A DNA stretch of 49,772 nt, taken from assembly GCA_040437565.1 (NCBI GenBank), contig JBDOQK010000055.1:186001-235772 (forward strand), written 5' to 3'. This DNA comes from Albugo candida (lineage: Eukaryota). How positions within the stretch are numbered: position 1 is the first letter of the stretch; each line of letters begins with the position of its first letter. A program made the position numbers and the translations under genes. Below the pieces are notes generated by a model. That model searched no databases. It was not told where the DNA came from and saw only the letters and a program-made list of their open reading frames with translations. Below, in pieces: positions 47,833 through 49,772 of the stretch.

Positions 47833-49772
47833 TAGTCAATCTGCACCTGAGTCTGTAAAGAATGTTCCTCTGTGAGGATGGAACAGCCCACTCCCTCTCT
47901 GAGGCCCGAAGGGTTGCGCTTTAGAAGCTGACCACAGCTGTGGGCCTCGAATATGTCGAGTTCCTTGTTTCACAATGCCCGGACGTGTTAAACGCACGTC
48001 TTGAGGGCTTCATGCGGTATGAAACGACCCTATTAGAGCAATTCTAAGACCAAATGGCGTCGGCTATGCCAAAACGTTTTGTGTCTGTACCAGACGAAGA
48101 GGCTAAGCTTCGTCCAGTTAAGTTGGATGCACGACACTACTCCGGGAAAGAGGGGGAAAACCTAGTCCTTTGGATCCGTGAGGTAGAAATGGCCATGAAG
48201 TCTGGCATGATCTTAGTTGAGCATCAGCGTGTCTCGCTGGCAGTCCACAAGATCGATGGAAGAGCTAGATAATGGGCACAGACGTGCGTTACGTCACCGG
48301 ACATGGCGTTACCAACATGGGAGTCGCTAAAGTTGCAGCTTACGCGCGTCTTCGCGCCGCCTAACCAGGTATATCGCGTGCGATCACGCTTCTTGTCTAC
48401 CGTCAGGGTAAGAACGAATTGCCGAACTATGTCCAAGACTTGAGAACACTCAAAGGTGGTATGCAGAGCGACCCTCTTCCTGAGGTGGTCTATGTGACCG
48501 TGGTTATGGAGGGACTTCGCACAGGCGTTGTCAGAATCGAAGTCTTCCGAGTTCACCCTTTAAGCTTTGGTGAAGCGGTTCATATAGCTCAGAATTCTGA
48601 GAAAAACTTTAAGGCGGCTAGACTTGGATGGAAATGGTATAATCCAAGCTCTGCAAGAGTAAGATCTGCAAGAGCAAGCTCTATGAGTATATCGGCTTTT
48701 TGTTAGCCTGAACCTATGGACCTTAGCAACGCTGAAGGTGAAGGTGAAGCCGAGCTTCAAGTTGATCAGCAATACCGTGACATCAGTCGGTGCTATTCGT
48801 GCGGGAGCACCAGCCACCCGCGTCCAAGGTGTCCGTTGCGCAAACAGCGCAAGTCTCATGTGGGTCGAGTACCCGCTACTAACCAGAAACCTGGAATGGC
48901 GCGGGGAAACTTTAAGTCCCAGTAGGCGTGGGGTACCCTACTTGGAAAGAACTAGGTTCTGTGGGGTCTCCAGGAGGTGGAGGTGAGCAGGGCTTAGCCC
49001 CAAAGAGCTCTGTGCCTGCTAGCACGGAGCGTGGATATAAGACAGGCTTGTTAGTCGCAGGGGCGACTGTGAAAGGCTTTGATAAGACATGGTCGATTTT
49101 GATCGACTCCGGAGTGTCATGCAATTAAGCGCGACGTCGTTCCCTGGAAGGGACTCAGCAATAAGCTGAGGCGCATCTTTAAAGCGCATGAGGGGGATTC
49201 GTTCTCTGTTCGCTTAGTGACTGGGACTCGTATCTCCGTGCCTATAATTCCGATGTACTTTGGCGTAAAGTTTTTGGACTTCGACAGCATTGAGGGCTGT
49301 CTTTTCCTAGATCTGGATTCGAGATATGATCTCATTCTAGGTATGGCCTGGATTGAAAGCCATGAGTCATGGGTTGATTGGAGGTCTAAGACCTGAGGCG
49401 CAACGCGCACTGTTCTTAGCGAAGCTTTGGCGAGTCATGAACCAGCCTTTTCTAGGAAACAGAAGCTCTATTGGCGCGAGCCACTGACAGAGGATGTCTG
49501 TGTGCTGAACAATGAAATGCCGGAGTTAATTGACTCTAATGTTGACGACATTAGCCTTGAGGGAAGCTCCTTAATTGCTAATGATACGGCACGTACTCCG
49601 TTGAGTGAAAAGCATTGCGATAATGAGTCACTGAATGCTGATAGCATTGGGAATATAGTTCCGAGACATCCGGAACTGAGCTCTAACGATGTACGTGGCG
49701 TGGCACGTAATATACACAGAGTCGGGTAGGCCGTGATGGCACCACACTTAATGTCGGTAATGACATTGTTGG

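Larger units (their letters stand above)
47424..49772 (+). mobile_element. Ty3/Gypsy LTR retrotransposon with a disrupted gag-protease region, running off the window end
   Basis: Gag YSGKEGENL..WIREVE, PEPMDL, zinc knuckle CYSCGSTSHPRPRC; protease ILIDSGVSCN and YDLILGMAW; multiple stops. Confidence 0.9.

Overview
Eukaryotic, gene-dense scaffold with short (about 50-70 nt) GT-AG introns and nine 100-N gaps. It is most likely an oomycete: INR/FPR core-promoter motifs are visible, and the compact layout suggests Albugo (inference). Recognisable genes: di-N-acetylchitobiase (GH18, CTBS), serine palmitoyltransferase LCB2, MSH5, a duplicated POLE3/DPB4 histone-fold gene, minor-spliceosome SNRNP25, dynactin ARP10 (cut by a gap), tRNase Z (long form), GMP synthase, an mS37/CHCHD1-like mitoribosomal protein, MAD2 and SPCS2. 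Less obvious items: a D-box/EVE/LPE protein that is a securin candidate, two divergent paralogous secreted proteins interrupted at an equivalent C-terminal position, and several decayed genes. Mobile DNA: an IS630/Tc1-like relic, an L1-like LINE with a 16-bp target-site duplication, a MULE with repeat-rich TIRs, and a Ty3/Gypsy element nested in an inverted LTR of its own family with a -1 frameshift signal. Seven of the nine gaps are flanked by near-exact duplications that are assembly overlaps. All calls come from manual reading and recalled motifs; no database searches were run.
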